DNA of 64,000 nt, from positions 83,989 to 147,988 of IMG/VR virus record IMGVR_UViG_3300009314_000003. One strand, given 5' to 3'. The stretch is from a virus. This document shows, piece by piece, positions 21,728 through 31,275 of the stretch (its first letter is position 1; every line of letters starts with the position of its first letter). The notes under the pieces are model-generated. The model was not told the origin of the DNA. It was given only the letters and a program-made list of their open reading frames with translations, and searched no databases. The translations under genes were made by a program, and so were the position numbers.

Positions 21728-22835
21728 GCAGATCATAAAAGCACGTGAGCTATACCTGGAGAAGCTGGGAGAGTTCCTGGCTGAGAATAAAAACCAGAGT
21801 GAGGAGGGTAAGTACTTCCAGGCCCTACGCCTATTAGTTGAGGCATTTAGGGATAGGCCTTATATTCACCTCCCCGTAGAGGGAGAGCGGGCTACCAGCA
21901 AGCCCTTGGATGATGTCTTCCAACTTCTTGAATCAGAGCACGGCGATATTGAGGGTAGTGTCGACAGCATTATAAACAGTTTGGAGGAGGTAGAGAGTTC
22001 CTTGGGGCTGCAAGTTGATGAGGTTCAAGCCCTCGTAACCAGTCTTGAAATGGATATAAATAGCCGCCGTCTTAAATCAGGGGCCGGAGAAGAGGAAACG
22101 GACTATATAGAGCTGGAGGAAAACTTTGCAAGGTATGGCCTTACTCTGGAGGAAATTAGTTCATTGGATCAGACTTCCTTCATTGATTCTGTCGAGTGGA
22201 TACCAGCAACAGGGATGGGAGGTTATCTTTGGTTCGGTGATGTCTCAACTAATCATACCTCACCAACAACACAGGGACTCATTGATATTAACAATGAGGT
22301 CGTAACAATTCAACATTTATGGATGACTGGTACTCTAAGTACTTCTCCACTAGAGCAAGAGCTTATAGCAATTATAGGAGACGATACCGGGCTTGGACCG
22401 GAAGATGATATGGAGTTTAGTACAGATGCCACAGAGTCAGAAAACCCACCCCCATTTGCGGAGGGTGTTTTGGAAGTCAACCTAACAATCCCCAAACAAA
22501 TTAGTACTGTATCTCTAGGTACTGACCCGACGGATATGGTAGAGAAGGTTATCATCACTGATTTTCAAGGAGCGGAACAGGTTTATCCAATGAACAATGG
22601 TACTGTGACCCTCCCTTCTACAACAACCTCTAAAATTGCGTTTCATATTAGTCGTAGTAATAGCCTATCTCCAATGCCCTTCTGGCTTAGAGCCCTTATT
22701 ATTTCCATCAGTGACTCTGATGGAAACTCTTCCCTCTATGCTCAATTTCACGATGCCACAGGGGATCTAGTGACATCTAGTGGCACGAACAGGAGTATAC
22801 CAAACAAGAAAATAATACTCCCGGGGCTGGGATAA
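21690..22835 (+). CDS. virion structural protein, truncated at a 59-bp repeat (start may be TTG 21720)
   Basis: Coiled-coil plus beta architecture like 19539 and 27669; last codons (PGLG*) are supplied by the repeat copy. Confidence 0.6.
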   Translation: MNIPLNSEHKLTKQIIKARELYLEKLGEFLAENKNQSEEGKYFQALRLLVEAFRDRPYIHLPVEGERATSKPLDDVFQLLESEHGDIEGSVDSIINSLEEVESSLGLQVDEVQALVTSLEMDINSRRLKSGAGEEETDYIELEENFARYGLTLEEISSLDQTSFIDSVEWIPATGMGGYLWFGDVSTNHTSPTTQGLIDINNEVVTIQHLWMTGTLSTSPLEQELIAIIGDDTGLGPEDDMEFSTDATESENPPPFAEGVLEVNLTIPKQISTVSLGTDPTDMVEKVIITDFQGAEQVYPMNNGTVTLPSTTTSKIAFHISRSNSLSPMPFWLRALIISISDSDGNSSLYAQFHDATGDLVTSSGTNRSIPNKKIILPGLG

Positions 22836-22879
22836 TATATGAAGCAAGGACCTACATATCAACGATATAATATACCGCC
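22821..22879 (+). repeat. 59-bp direct repeat, copy 1
   Basis: CCGGGGCTGGGATAATATATGAAGCAAGGACCTACATATCAACGATATAATATACCGCC is identical to 29796-29854. Confidence 0.95.
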
Positions 22880-22979
22880 AGATGGAAGTTTCACTGAGAA
22901 TTCTGGTTATGGTGCAAAATGTAAAGTAGAATTTATTTCAAAATCAGATCTCTTGAGAGCTCGCGGTTATAAAACTTGA
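22839..22979 (+). CDS. 46-aa chimeric mini-ORF
   Basis: MKQGPTYQRYNIPPD is identical to the start of ORF 29814 and is fused to unrelated AT-rich sequence (GSFTENSGYGAKCKVEF...). Confidence 0.45.
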   Translation: MKQGPTYQRYNIPPDGSFTENSGYGAKCKVEFISKSDLLRARGYKT

Positions 22980-23002
22980 AAAATCAATGAGAAATTATTG
23001 CG

Positions 23003-26000
23003 ATGCCTATTTTTAATTGTCCAGATAATAATTGTAATCATTGTGGAACAGATTTATGTATTTGTTGTCCAAATGGATATGAATCTTTTGATGCTGGTGA
23101 TACAATTGAAGTAAAATGGCAAGCTCCATATAATTCTACTGATTATGTTGTAAATGTCACACTTTATAAAGGAAATGAATTTGCAGCAATAATAGCAGAA
23201 TATTTTAATGCCCATCCAACAAGCTATTATCGTAAAAGCTCAATTCCTTGGACAATTCCAACATTTCTTGAACAGCGAGATGATTATAGAATTAAGGTAA
23301 CTATTATTGCTGGAGACAATCTTGGTCAATCGGATTTTAGTGATAATTATTTTGAAATCGTTAATACTATAAATCAACCTCCTGTAGCTGATGCTGGAGA
23401 TGATCAAACTGTTGTGGAAAATAGTATTGTACAACTTGATGCTTCAGGTTCATACGATCCAGATGGTGATACAATAACATATGCTTGGAGTGCTCCTGTT
23501 GGAATTACACTTACCAATGCAAATAGTGTGAATCCAATTTTTACAGCTCCAGAAGTTACTGAAGATACAGAATATCAATTCATACTTGTTGTTAATGATG
23601 GGGAATTTGATTCAAGTCAAGATGCTGTAACTATTACAGTAGAAAACTTCATTCCTAATCAGGCTCCAACTGCAGATGCAGGGGAAGACCAGGATATCAA
23701 TGAAGGTATGTTTGTTACTCTTGATGGTACAGGTTCATTTGACCCTGAAGGTAGTAATCTAACTTATACTTGGACTGCTCCGGTAGGAATTACATTAAGT
23801 AATGTTAATGCTGTTTCTCCAACATTTACTGCACCAAATGTAGATGATGATACTCCTTACTCGTTTACTTTAGAAGTATCAGATGGAGATTTAACAGATA
23901 CAGATGATGTAACAATAACTGTTCTCAATGTAGCAGTACCGCAGCCTCCTGTAGCGGATGCCGGGGATAACCAGACAGTTGATGAAGGAGATTTAGTTAC
24001 GCTAGATGGGTCTGGTTCATATGATCCTGAAGGTGAAGATGTGACATATATGTGGACTGCTCCAGATGGAATTACTTTATCAGATCAATCAATTGTAAAT
24101 CCTACATTTACAGCTCCGGAAGTCATTAGTGTTACTGATTATATATTTACTCTAACTGTAGAAGATCCACACGGATTGTCAGATACAGATAATGTTACAA
24201 TAACTGTAAATCCAGTTGCTGATCCACCAGTTCTTGGTGGACAATATAATTATAATAATGACGACTATTATACTGCTGTTAGCCTAATTCGGACTAATAG
24301 TGGTGTATATAACTTTACGCCTGAATACTTTTTAGGTCCTGGTAATCCATGCAGCCATTGGCGCATTTGCCCTGATGGCCATGAAGGTGCTAACTACGAT
24401 ATTAGCGGTTCTTTCCCTTTCCCTGAATGGGAAGATGTTATCTACTTCAATCATACATATACCGACATTCCAAGTGGTGACTTACTTGGAACGTGGCGCT
24501 CATATGTAAAATATATAGGTGATGACTCCTGGACGGAATTCCTTGGAGGCTTGGAGATTACCCAGGATATGTTACCTCAAGCTCTCCCCGCGGAGCTAAC
24601 TATTGAGGCATCATCTATCCAAAACCACGTTAATATCACTCTTGGAGATGATTTTACCTGGATGTATACCGCCGGGGGTGTATGGAGTGATATTACACAC
24701 TGTATATACCCCGAGGAGTACTCTAGTCCTTACCTCCTTGCTGATATAGTCCCTGATCAAAGTAATTGTGTTAATTATAGTGATGGGGGTCTATGTCATA
24801 ATCCTAACGATCTGATGGCAGGTAGTGTAATATCTCAGTATAACTTGTCTACGACGGCGTATGGGCCTTACAACTTAGAACTAACAATAAGGGGAATGAC
24901 ACAAGGATCAATAACATGCCGGCTTGGGTTGGAATCTCCAAGTGCAACATTTAATTCTAACGGAACACACTCAGGAAACATAGAAGCATCCTCTTTGTCC
25001 CCAAACACCTTCTATATCTACCCTACTCCCGACTTTAACGGGATAATTGATAATGTCTCTCTCAAACTTTCTGGAGGAGGAGATGAATTAATAAGTAACG
25101 GTGATTTTTCCAACAGTCTCCAAGATTGGAGTGGAACTACTTGTTGGGAACATGCCTATTTTCCTTTCCCGATCCCGAAAAATACTGTATCACAGGAAGA
25201 TTGGTGTGTGAATACCCATGGTCTATGTTTACACACATTTTCCGACGATGTAACGACATGGCACGTTCCCACTTATTATGCCCGGGGGTATTTAGCGGGG
25301 GCCTTTTCTGTCTTCCTCGGAACCTCCTCCTATTCTTCGTCAATAAACTATGAAAACTATCCCTTAAACCCTTATGAACTCACAATAACCTGTGATGTTA
25401 GTGATATACTTACTGTATACTCAAACGCCCAATTCTATATCTATAATAATACTTACCAGAGCGAGGCACTTACACCTGGTAATGGTATTATCACCTACAC
25501 AGTAACTGCAACTGCAGGTAATTCAGCTAACTTGGAGGGTAATTGGACAATAGAATGGCAGGATGGTAGTGGTTCTACACTAGAATCTATTACCCAATCT
25601 GTTCCAGCCGACACCTTCTCACCACCACCCGATTTCGGGAATGTAGATTATTCACTTGAGCATCCAAATGATTGGAACCTCACAATTACCTGTGATGTTA
25701 GTGATATACTTACTGAACACTCAGACGCCTTATTCTATATCTATAAAGAGGGTTCCACAGGTACATCTATACAACCCAATGATAATAACACGATCACCTA
25801 CACAGAAACTGCAGGTAATTCAACGGACTTGGAAGGTAATTGGATAATAAAATGGCAGAACGGTGGAGGTGAGGTAATAAATTCCACCACTTGCACGGTT
25901 TCAAGTCTTCCACAGTTTGAGGATGTAACAGATAACCTCTCAATAGATTATAACAATTGGCCCGCCACCCCCTTTGAACTCACCATAGAATGTAATGTTG

Positions 26001-27676
26001 CGGCTATAATTAATGATTCCCAATACCTAGGGACTGATGAGTTCTATATCTCTAATAGTAACTACTCAAGTGATCCGCTTCCACCTGATAATAATGATAT
26101 TATCACCTACACAGCTGCAGGCGACGAGGGAGGTTTAGAAGGGATCTGGACAATAGAATGGCAGGATAGTGAGGGTGGTTTAATAAATTCCACTGACTAT
26201 CCTATCACTATCAACCACACCCTACCTAATTTTGTATCAGATGAACATTATACATCAATAAACTATGAGGACTGGAGTGGAAATCCCTATGAACTCGCCA
26301 TAACCTGTGATGTTAGTGATATACTTACTGAACACTCAGACGCCTTATTCTATATCTATAAAGAGGGTTCCACAGGTACATCTATACAACCCAATGATAA
26401 TAATATTATCACCTACACAGTAACTGCAAGTGATTCAGCGGATTTGGAAGGTAATTGGATAATAAAATGGGGAAATAGTAATGATTATTCAATACGTTCT
26501 ATTAGTCACCAAGTAACTGAATTCCCCTCTCCCCTCGTCTTAAATACTCCTACATCCGATTGGCAGGTAGATTATAATAACTATTCCTCAAACCCTTATG
26601 GGCTCACAATTACCTGTGATGTTAGTGATATACTTACTGCGCACTCATACGCCCAATTCTATATCTATAAAGAGGGTTCCACAGGTACATCTATACAACC
26701 CAATGATAATAATATTATCACCTACACAGTAACTGCAACTGCAGGTAATTCAGCTAACTTGGAGGGTGATTGGACAATAGAATGGCAGGACAGTGGGGGT
26801 AATGTAATAAATTCTGCTACCTGCTCAGTCAGCACCTCCCCGTCCCTTCCCACCTTTGGGGAGGTAGAATACACCATCATACCAGATCTTAGCGTGTCAC
26901 CGGTACGATATGATTTTAGTATAGAGTGTGATGTTGATGATATACTTACTGAACACTCAGACGCCCAATTCTATATCTATAATAATACTTACCAGAGCGG
27001 GGCACTTACGCCTGGTAGTGGCGTATGGGGTAAAACAACGAAGTGTGTAATTGGGTACCTTGCGGAGAACGAGTTAGAAGGGACCTGGACAATAGAATGG
27101 CGGAACAGTGGGGGTGAGGTAATAAATTTTCATAATGAAGAAATAGATCAGGACGTTATTCAAGGAGTAACGCTTGATGGTACTACATACAACACACCCC
27201 AGGGCAACTCATTTTACATTCAAATACCAGGAGGTTCCTCTCCATACAAACAAAATACTACTGATATTGGCCCAATACAACTACAATTAACTCAGTATGA
27301 AACTACCAAGACCTGGACTTCTCCACAGCCGTACAACTCTGATACTGGTGTATCAATGCTCTCCCTGCACTCCTATGACCTGGTTCCATTTACAACAGGA
27401 GATAGAGAAACCTGGCTCAAATATGAGATAGTAACAGAAGGAGGAGATACCTACCCAATAACCCCCGTAAATAGGCCCGGGCAATACCCGGTCATATATA
27501 ATGTGAATAGTACCCTACCGGAGGAGCTTAGAAGTGATAGGCAACAAAACTTTAATGAGGGGTTCATAGACCAGAAGGTGTTTTCCTGGAAAGTTAGAAT
27601 TACAATGCTCCGCCCGGGGAATGAGGTTAATAGAACCCCTATAGTTTATACATACCGGATGAGATATTATGAGTGA
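23003..27676 (+). CDS. mosaic adhesin/structural protein: Cys-rich N-terminus, 3 PKD-like domains, 6 Ig-like repeats, baseplate-paralogue C-terminus
   Basis: PPVADAGDDQTV...LDASGSYDPDGD..TYAW x3; YELTITCDVSDIL...FYIY...ITYT...LEGNW x6; C-terminal KVRITMLRPGNEVNRTPIV. Confidence 0.8.
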   Translation: MPIFNCPDNNCNHCGTDLCICCPNGYESFDAGDTIEVKWQAPYNSTDYVVNVTLYKGNEFAAIIAEYFNAHPTSYYRKSSIPWTIPTFLEQRDDYRIKVTIIAGDNLGQSDFSDNYFEIVNTINQPPVADAGDDQTVVENSIVQLDASGSYDPDGDTITYAWSAPVGITLTNANSVNPIFTAPEVTEDTEYQFILVVNDGEFDSSQDAVTITVENFIPNQAPTADAGEDQDINEGMFVTLDGTGSFDPEGSNLTYTWTAPVGITLSNVNAVSPTFTAPNVDDDTPYSFTLEVSDGDLTDTDDVTITVLNVAVPQPPVADAGDNQTVDEGDLVTLDGSGSYDPEGEDVTYMWTAPDGITLSDQSIVNPTFTAPEVISVTDYIFTLTVEDPHGLSDTDNVTITVNPVADPPVLGGQYNYNNDDYYTAVSLIRTNSGVYNFTPEYFLGPGNPCSHWRICPDGHEGANYDISGSFPFPEWEDVIYFNHTYTDIPSGDLLGTWRSYVKYIGDDSWTEFLGGLEITQDMLPQALPAELTIEASSIQNHVNITLGDDFTWMYTAGGVWSDITHCIYPEEYSSPYLLADIVPDQSNCVNYSDGGLCHNPNDLMAGSVISQYNLSTTAYGPYNLELTIRGMTQGSITCRLGLESPSATFNSNGTHSGNIEASSLSPNTFYIYPTPDFNGIIDNVSLKLSGGGDELISNGDFSNSLQDWSGTTCWEHAYFPFPIPKNTVSQEDWCVNTHGLCLHTFSDDVTTWHVPTYYARGYLAGAFSVFLGTSSYSSSINYENYPLNPYELTITCDVSDILTVYSNAQFYIYNNTYQSEALTPGNGIITYTVTATAGNSANLEGNWTIEWQDGSGSTLESITQSVPADTFSPPPDFGNVDYSLEHPNDWNLTITCDVSDILTEHSDALFYIYKEGSTGTSIQPNDNNTITYTETAGNSTDLEGNWIIKWQNGGGEVINSTTCTVSSLPQFEDVTDNLSIDYNNWPATPFELTIECNVAAIINDSQYLGTDEFYISNSNYSSDPLPPDNNDIITYTAAGDEGGLEGIWTIEWQDSEGGLINSTDYPITINHTLPNFVSDEHYTSINYEDWSGNPYELAITCDVSDILTEHSDALFYIYKEGSTGTSIQPNDNNIITYTVTASDSADLEGNWIIKWGNSNDYSIRSISHQVTEFPSPLVLNTPTSDWQVDYNNYSSNPYGLTITCDVSDILTAHSYAQFYIYKEGSTGTSIQPNDNNIITYTVTATAGNSANLEGDWTIEWQDSGGNVINSATCSVSTSPSLPTFGEVEYTIIPDLSVSPVRYDFSIECDVDDILTEHSDAQFYIYNNTYQSGALTPGSGVWGKTTKCVIGYLAENELEGTWTIEWRNSGGEVINFHNEEIDQDVIQGVTLDGTTYNTPQGNSFYIQIPGGSSPYKQNTTDIGPIQLQLTQYETTKTWTSPQPYNSDTGVSMLSLHSYDLVPFTTGDRETWLKYEIVTEGGDTYPITPVNRPGQYPVIYNVNSTLPEELRSDRQQNFNEGFIDQKVFSWKVRITMLRPGNEVNRTPIVYTYRMRYYE
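23372..24215 (+). repeat. three tandem PKD-like domains (about 95-aa period)
   Basis: Units start near 23372, 23657 and 23942; visibly AT-rich codons compared with flanking genes. Confidence 0.85.
25341..27140 (+). repeat. six tandem ~100-aa Ig-like repeats with patchwork nucleotide identity
   Basis: Exact shared blocks, e.g. 25688-25788 = 26303-26403 (101 bp) and 26347-26429 = 26656-26738 (83 bp). Confidence 0.9.
27020..27058 (-). repeat. 39-bp inverted copy of 11148-11186 inside repeat 6
   Basis: Encodes GVWGKTTKCVIGY in place of the usual IITYTVTA strand. Confidence 0.95.
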
Positions 27677-29810
27677 AAATAGAAGAAAACAGGTGTATAC
27701 CACTCTGGTAAAAGAATTTGTAAGACGTTGGGGCCGAGTTCCAACCCAGGCAGAGCTATATCGTTCAATTCAGGACTCATTCTACAAACCACTGGCTAAA
27801 CCTCTGGTACCGAAGAACAAGGCAAGAAGTAGTGCAGAGTATTTTGGGCAAACAATGAAAGGCCTGCTCGGGGACACTAAAGACGTCCTGGAGATACTTA
27901 AGGGAACTGAAGATGCCAATCTGCAATTGAGGGTCGGTGTTGAAGACGGGGCAAGAGACGTGGCTAATCAAGCTCGTGCTGCAATAAAACGTATTCGGCA
28001 TCAAGACACAATACACAAAAGCAAGGTAGCGCTTGTTGATGTTCTACCGGAACCTATTAAGCGTCTATCCCCTTATACTCGCTATGGTACCAGTGTTACC
28101 CTTCTACAGGATTCACTAGCGCCGATCTCCTATATCCCCACCGTTATCCCAACCTCTGATAAAACAATTGATAGATACGAGCTAAATGAATTCTCCCTTC
28201 CTTACTCAGCCTTTGTAAGGGCTAAGGAAGATGCCTCGTACTCCGGATTCACTCTGGAACTGTTAATACAGGATGATGGAACAGATATACAGGGCCCTAT
28301 AAATATTACTCGCCTCTATTATGACGGTTCACCAGTTATGATGACTATTGAAGTATCCGGGGATGATGGTGAATGGACTACAGTAACCACAGTAAATCCA
28401 ATTGGCCGTACGGAATATATTATCAATGAATCTACCACAAAACTCCGGCTCACATTTACTCAATCGGGAAATTACAGTAAGATATACATCAAAGACCTAC
28501 AGGTGTACCGAGAAAGGTATCAGCCCGAGGGAATTTATGTCTCCGGGCCATATGATCTTAGTAAGGCCGCCGGGCGGCTCAAGGTTGAACCAAATCAATA
28601 CATACCCAGTGATACGTCAGTGATATGGGAATATGGATTGGACTATCCCCTATCCGGGAGGTATGTTAGTACTTCAGGAGATATAGTTCATCCGGATAGT
28701 CCACTATTTACAAACAATACCACCTATGATACCTCAGTGGAAAGTGGGTCTTTACACTATTCAGATATAGTTCCTTTTGATGCTTTGTCAGAGAACTTTC
28801 ACTCTCCGGGTTGGAAAAGTATCCCCACCCGAGGAACCCTCTTTAATGCTGAGCTGGATGAAAGTAATAGCACCTCACTATATAATGGTGCTGGCGGGTC
28901 ATACAATAACTCCATACGCCATATCGCCACCTTAGATAGTAAGGTAATAGATGAATCAATTAAGATCACCTATGGTAAGGATTGCTGGAAGTTTAGTGAG
29001 ACAGATGCCCCGGTAATAATACTGAATGAGGATGGAACACAAACCCAAATTTCAACCCCCTTTCATCACTGGATGACACACTTAATTGTCAGAGGACAAA
29101 CGTCTTCAGTGAGATTCAACAATCCGGCCCACCCAAGGGACGCTGCTAAAAGCGCCATCAAAGAAATAATCCTACAAAACACATCCACAGGGGAAATTAT
29201 TATAGACCAACTCTTCGACGACCCCATTACTATCGTTAAGGGAATATGGAAATGTATTCTGGTCTATAATCTTCTAGATAGTGAAAGCCCACCAGAGAGC
29301 TTCCCCCTTGATCCCAGAGCCGCCGCCTGGACCGGTATAGATCCCTTCCAGGTAGTTACACCCGGTGACGATATATCTTTCATGATTCAGCCTTTTCCTG
29401 CCACACGGGTCAGTATTGAAAATATAATAGATGCCGCATCTCTTTGTACAAACATAAACCGATTTGCCATTGAAGTACAAGATGGGGGTCAGAAGAAGAT
29501 CCTTATGCCACAGGCATATACTTTAGGCCTTACTGATATACTTGGTAGCGAGCCGTGGTTTATATACTCGACCGAAGATACCCTAGCAGGCTTCTATGAC
29601 ATATCTTATATGAAGGAAGTTGATGAGCCCATAGATAATATATTTCTCAGGGCAAGGTTAGAGACAGAAGATCCAAACAAGACACCAATCATTCGCGGGG
29701 TTACTTTGTCTGTTGATGAACATCTATGGGACACAGTGCAGCAGGAAGAAGCAGGCATAACTGATTACACAGAAGGAGAGGAGCCGGAACAACAGCCGGG
29801 GCTGGGATAA
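27669..29810 (+). CDS. virion structural protein (paralogue family)
   Basis: IYIKDLQVYRERYQPEGIYVSGPY and C-terminal LRARLETEDPNKTPII motifs. Confidence 0.65.
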   Translation: MSENRRKQVYTTLVKEFVRRWGRVPTQAELYRSIQDSFYKPLAKPLVPKNKARSSAEYFGQTMKGLLGDTKDVLEILKGTEDANLQLRVGVEDGARDVANQARAAIKRIRHQDTIHKSKVALVDVLPEPIKRLSPYTRYGTSVTLLQDSLAPISYIPTVIPTSDKTIDRYELNEFSLPYSAFVRAKEDASYSGFTLELLIQDDGTDIQGPINITRLYYDGSPVMMTIEVSGDDGEWTTVTTVNPIGRTEYIINESTTKLRLTFTQSGNYSKIYIKDLQVYRERYQPEGIYVSGPYDLSKAAGRLKVEPNQYIPSDTSVIWEYGLDYPLSGRYVSTSGDIVHPDSPLFTNNTTYDTSVESGSLHYSDIVPFDALSENFHSPGWKSIPTRGTLFNAELDESNSTSLYNGAGGSYNNSIRHIATLDSKVIDESIKITYGKDCWKFSETDAPVIILNEDGTQTQISTPFHHWMTHLIVRGQTSSVRFNNPAHPRDAAKSAIKEIILQNTSTGEIIIDQLFDDPITIVKGIWKCILVYNLLDSESPPESFPLDPRAAAWTGIDPFQVVTPGDDISFMIQPFPATRVSIENIIDAASLCTNINRFAIEVQDGGQKKILMPQAYTLGLTDILGSEPWFIYSTEDTLAGFYDISYMKEVDEPIDNIFLRARLETEDPNKTPIIRGVTLSVDEHLWDTVQQEEAGITDYTEGEEPEQQPGLG

Positions 29811-29854
29811 TATATGAAGCAAGGACCTACATATCAACGATATAATATACCGCC
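29796..29854 (+). repeat. 59-bp direct repeat, copy 2 (likely native gene junction)
   Basis: Spans the stop of 27669..29810 and the start of 29814..30080. Confidence 0.95.
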
Positions 29855-30080
29855 CGATGCGCCACTCTCCAGCCAGATGCTTAATGATATATTTGATGGG
29901 TGGTTGGTTGGTTTTGCTGTTATATTTAATACACCTCTGCAGAATATGACTGACCTCAGAGAAATTTGTGGGGACATAGCCAAAAACCTGGCCACGTTTG
30001 ATAAGCAGGATGCAATGGCCCGTGGAATATTAGGCGACATTGACCAAGATGATCATACCAGTAACTGGAGACATGTATAA
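29814..30080 (+). CDS. small virion-associated hypothetical protein
   Basis: 88-aa ORF coupled to both neighbours. Confidence 0.6.
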   Translation: MKQGPTYQRYNIPPDAPLSSQMLNDIFDGWLVGFAVIFNTPLQNMTDLREICGDIAKNLATFDKQDAMARGILGDIDQDDHTSNWRHV

Positions 30081-31220
30081 GTGAAGAAATTTGATTATGG
30101 CGAGAATATAGATCCTGTAGAACTTAATAACAATCTACGGGATGTGGAGACCCTCCTCTCCCAGGCATACAAATACAATAATGAACTAAAAGTCCGGCAG
30201 AATATGCTCGATATGGCCCTGGGGCACATTCTTAACGCCGCTGATTCTTATGTGGATACGGCTCAACCAGATGCAACTATGTATAATGCTGCTACCACAA
30301 ACAATGGCCCCTACAATACCTTCTGGGCAGGTAATCCCCCCAGACTGGTTACACCAATTACCTTTGATGGTACAGAAACCATGAACAATCTGGATGTGGT
30401 TAGGGGTAAATTAGTTCTTAAGTCCAAGGCCTCCCACTCTAAAATTCCTCTTGTCAAGAATGACTATAATGAAGACCGCCCAGCGGCGGGGACAACTATT
30501 CTTATGGAAGCTGGCTCTGAAAAGATTGAATTGGGCGACCAGGAACTTGCCTGGGCCATTCTCTCACCAGATCTCATCTGGTGTTATAGATCGAGTACCT
30601 CTTCCATAACCTTGAGTATATCCACACCGCCCAGTAGTTCCCCTGTTGTTAATCACATATCCACAGATGCTATCTTCCCAAATAAAGAACACACCATAAA
30701 ATATGTAAACGCCGCCGGTCGCACAGTACCCCTAGGATCCCAAAGGGGTAGCAGTGACTTCTATTTCCCAGGAGACAAATTTGGCGGCAGAATTGTACTT
30801 ATCCTCAATGGTATTAGCGTTGGTAGTAATACCTATGTCTACGGCCTCTCCCAGGTAAGAGCATCTGAAGAGGTATTTCAACCCTCAGGGTACCTTCTCA
30901 AGGAAATTAGTCTTTATAACAATGCAACCTACCTGGGGGATAAGTCTCTTTTCCTTGATGCTATTAATTATAATGGCACCATTCCAGCTTCCAGATTCAG
31001 TGACGCAGTAAGAATTCAATTAGGACATGGGTTGAACGAGGAGCGGCAGGATCTTGTTAGTGTGCTCTTTGACTCGGACATTCACCCTCTTGAGAACCCA
31101 TCCGGCATCGATTTAGGAATCGGAGGTACGATATGGGCCAAAATTACACTTAACCTGGTAAATAAGGATACAACACCCTCCTTATCAGGCCTCTTGATGG
31201 AGTACTCAGTAGGTGTCTAA
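30081..31220 (+). CDS. virion structural protein (paralogue family)
   Basis: YVYGLSQVRASEEVFQPSG and C-terminal AKITLNLVNKDTTPSL motifs; GTG start abuts upstream stop. Confidence 0.65.
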   Translation: MKKFDYGENIDPVELNNNLRDVETLLSQAYKYNNELKVRQNMLDMALGHILNAADSYVDTAQPDATMYNAATTNNGPYNTFWAGNPPRLVTPITFDGTETMNNLDVVRGKLVLKSKASHSKIPLVKNDYNEDRPAAGTTILMEAGSEKIELGDQELAWAILSPDLIWCYRSSTSSITLSISTPPSSSPVVNHISTDAIFPNKEHTIKYVNAAGRTVPLGSQRGSSDFYFPGDKFGGRIVLILNGISVGSNTYVYGLSQVRASEEVFQPSGYLLKEISLYNNATYLGDKSLFLDAINYNGTIPASRFSDAVRIQLGHGLNEERQDLVSVLFDSDIHPLENPSGIDLGIGGTIWAKITLNLVNKDTTPSLSGLLMEYSVGV

Positions 31221-31275
31221 AGAGATGAATAAATTAAGTGAGTTGGCTGGCGCGTTAAACAAGTAAGGAGATGAT

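Noticed and set aside
25341-27140. Diversity-generating retroelement (TR/VR) in the adhesin repeats
   Set aside because: No reverse transcriptase or non-coding template repeat in the window. Differences include C/T and T/G changes and indels, although many involve A. An RT or TR elsewhere in the genome would reopen this.
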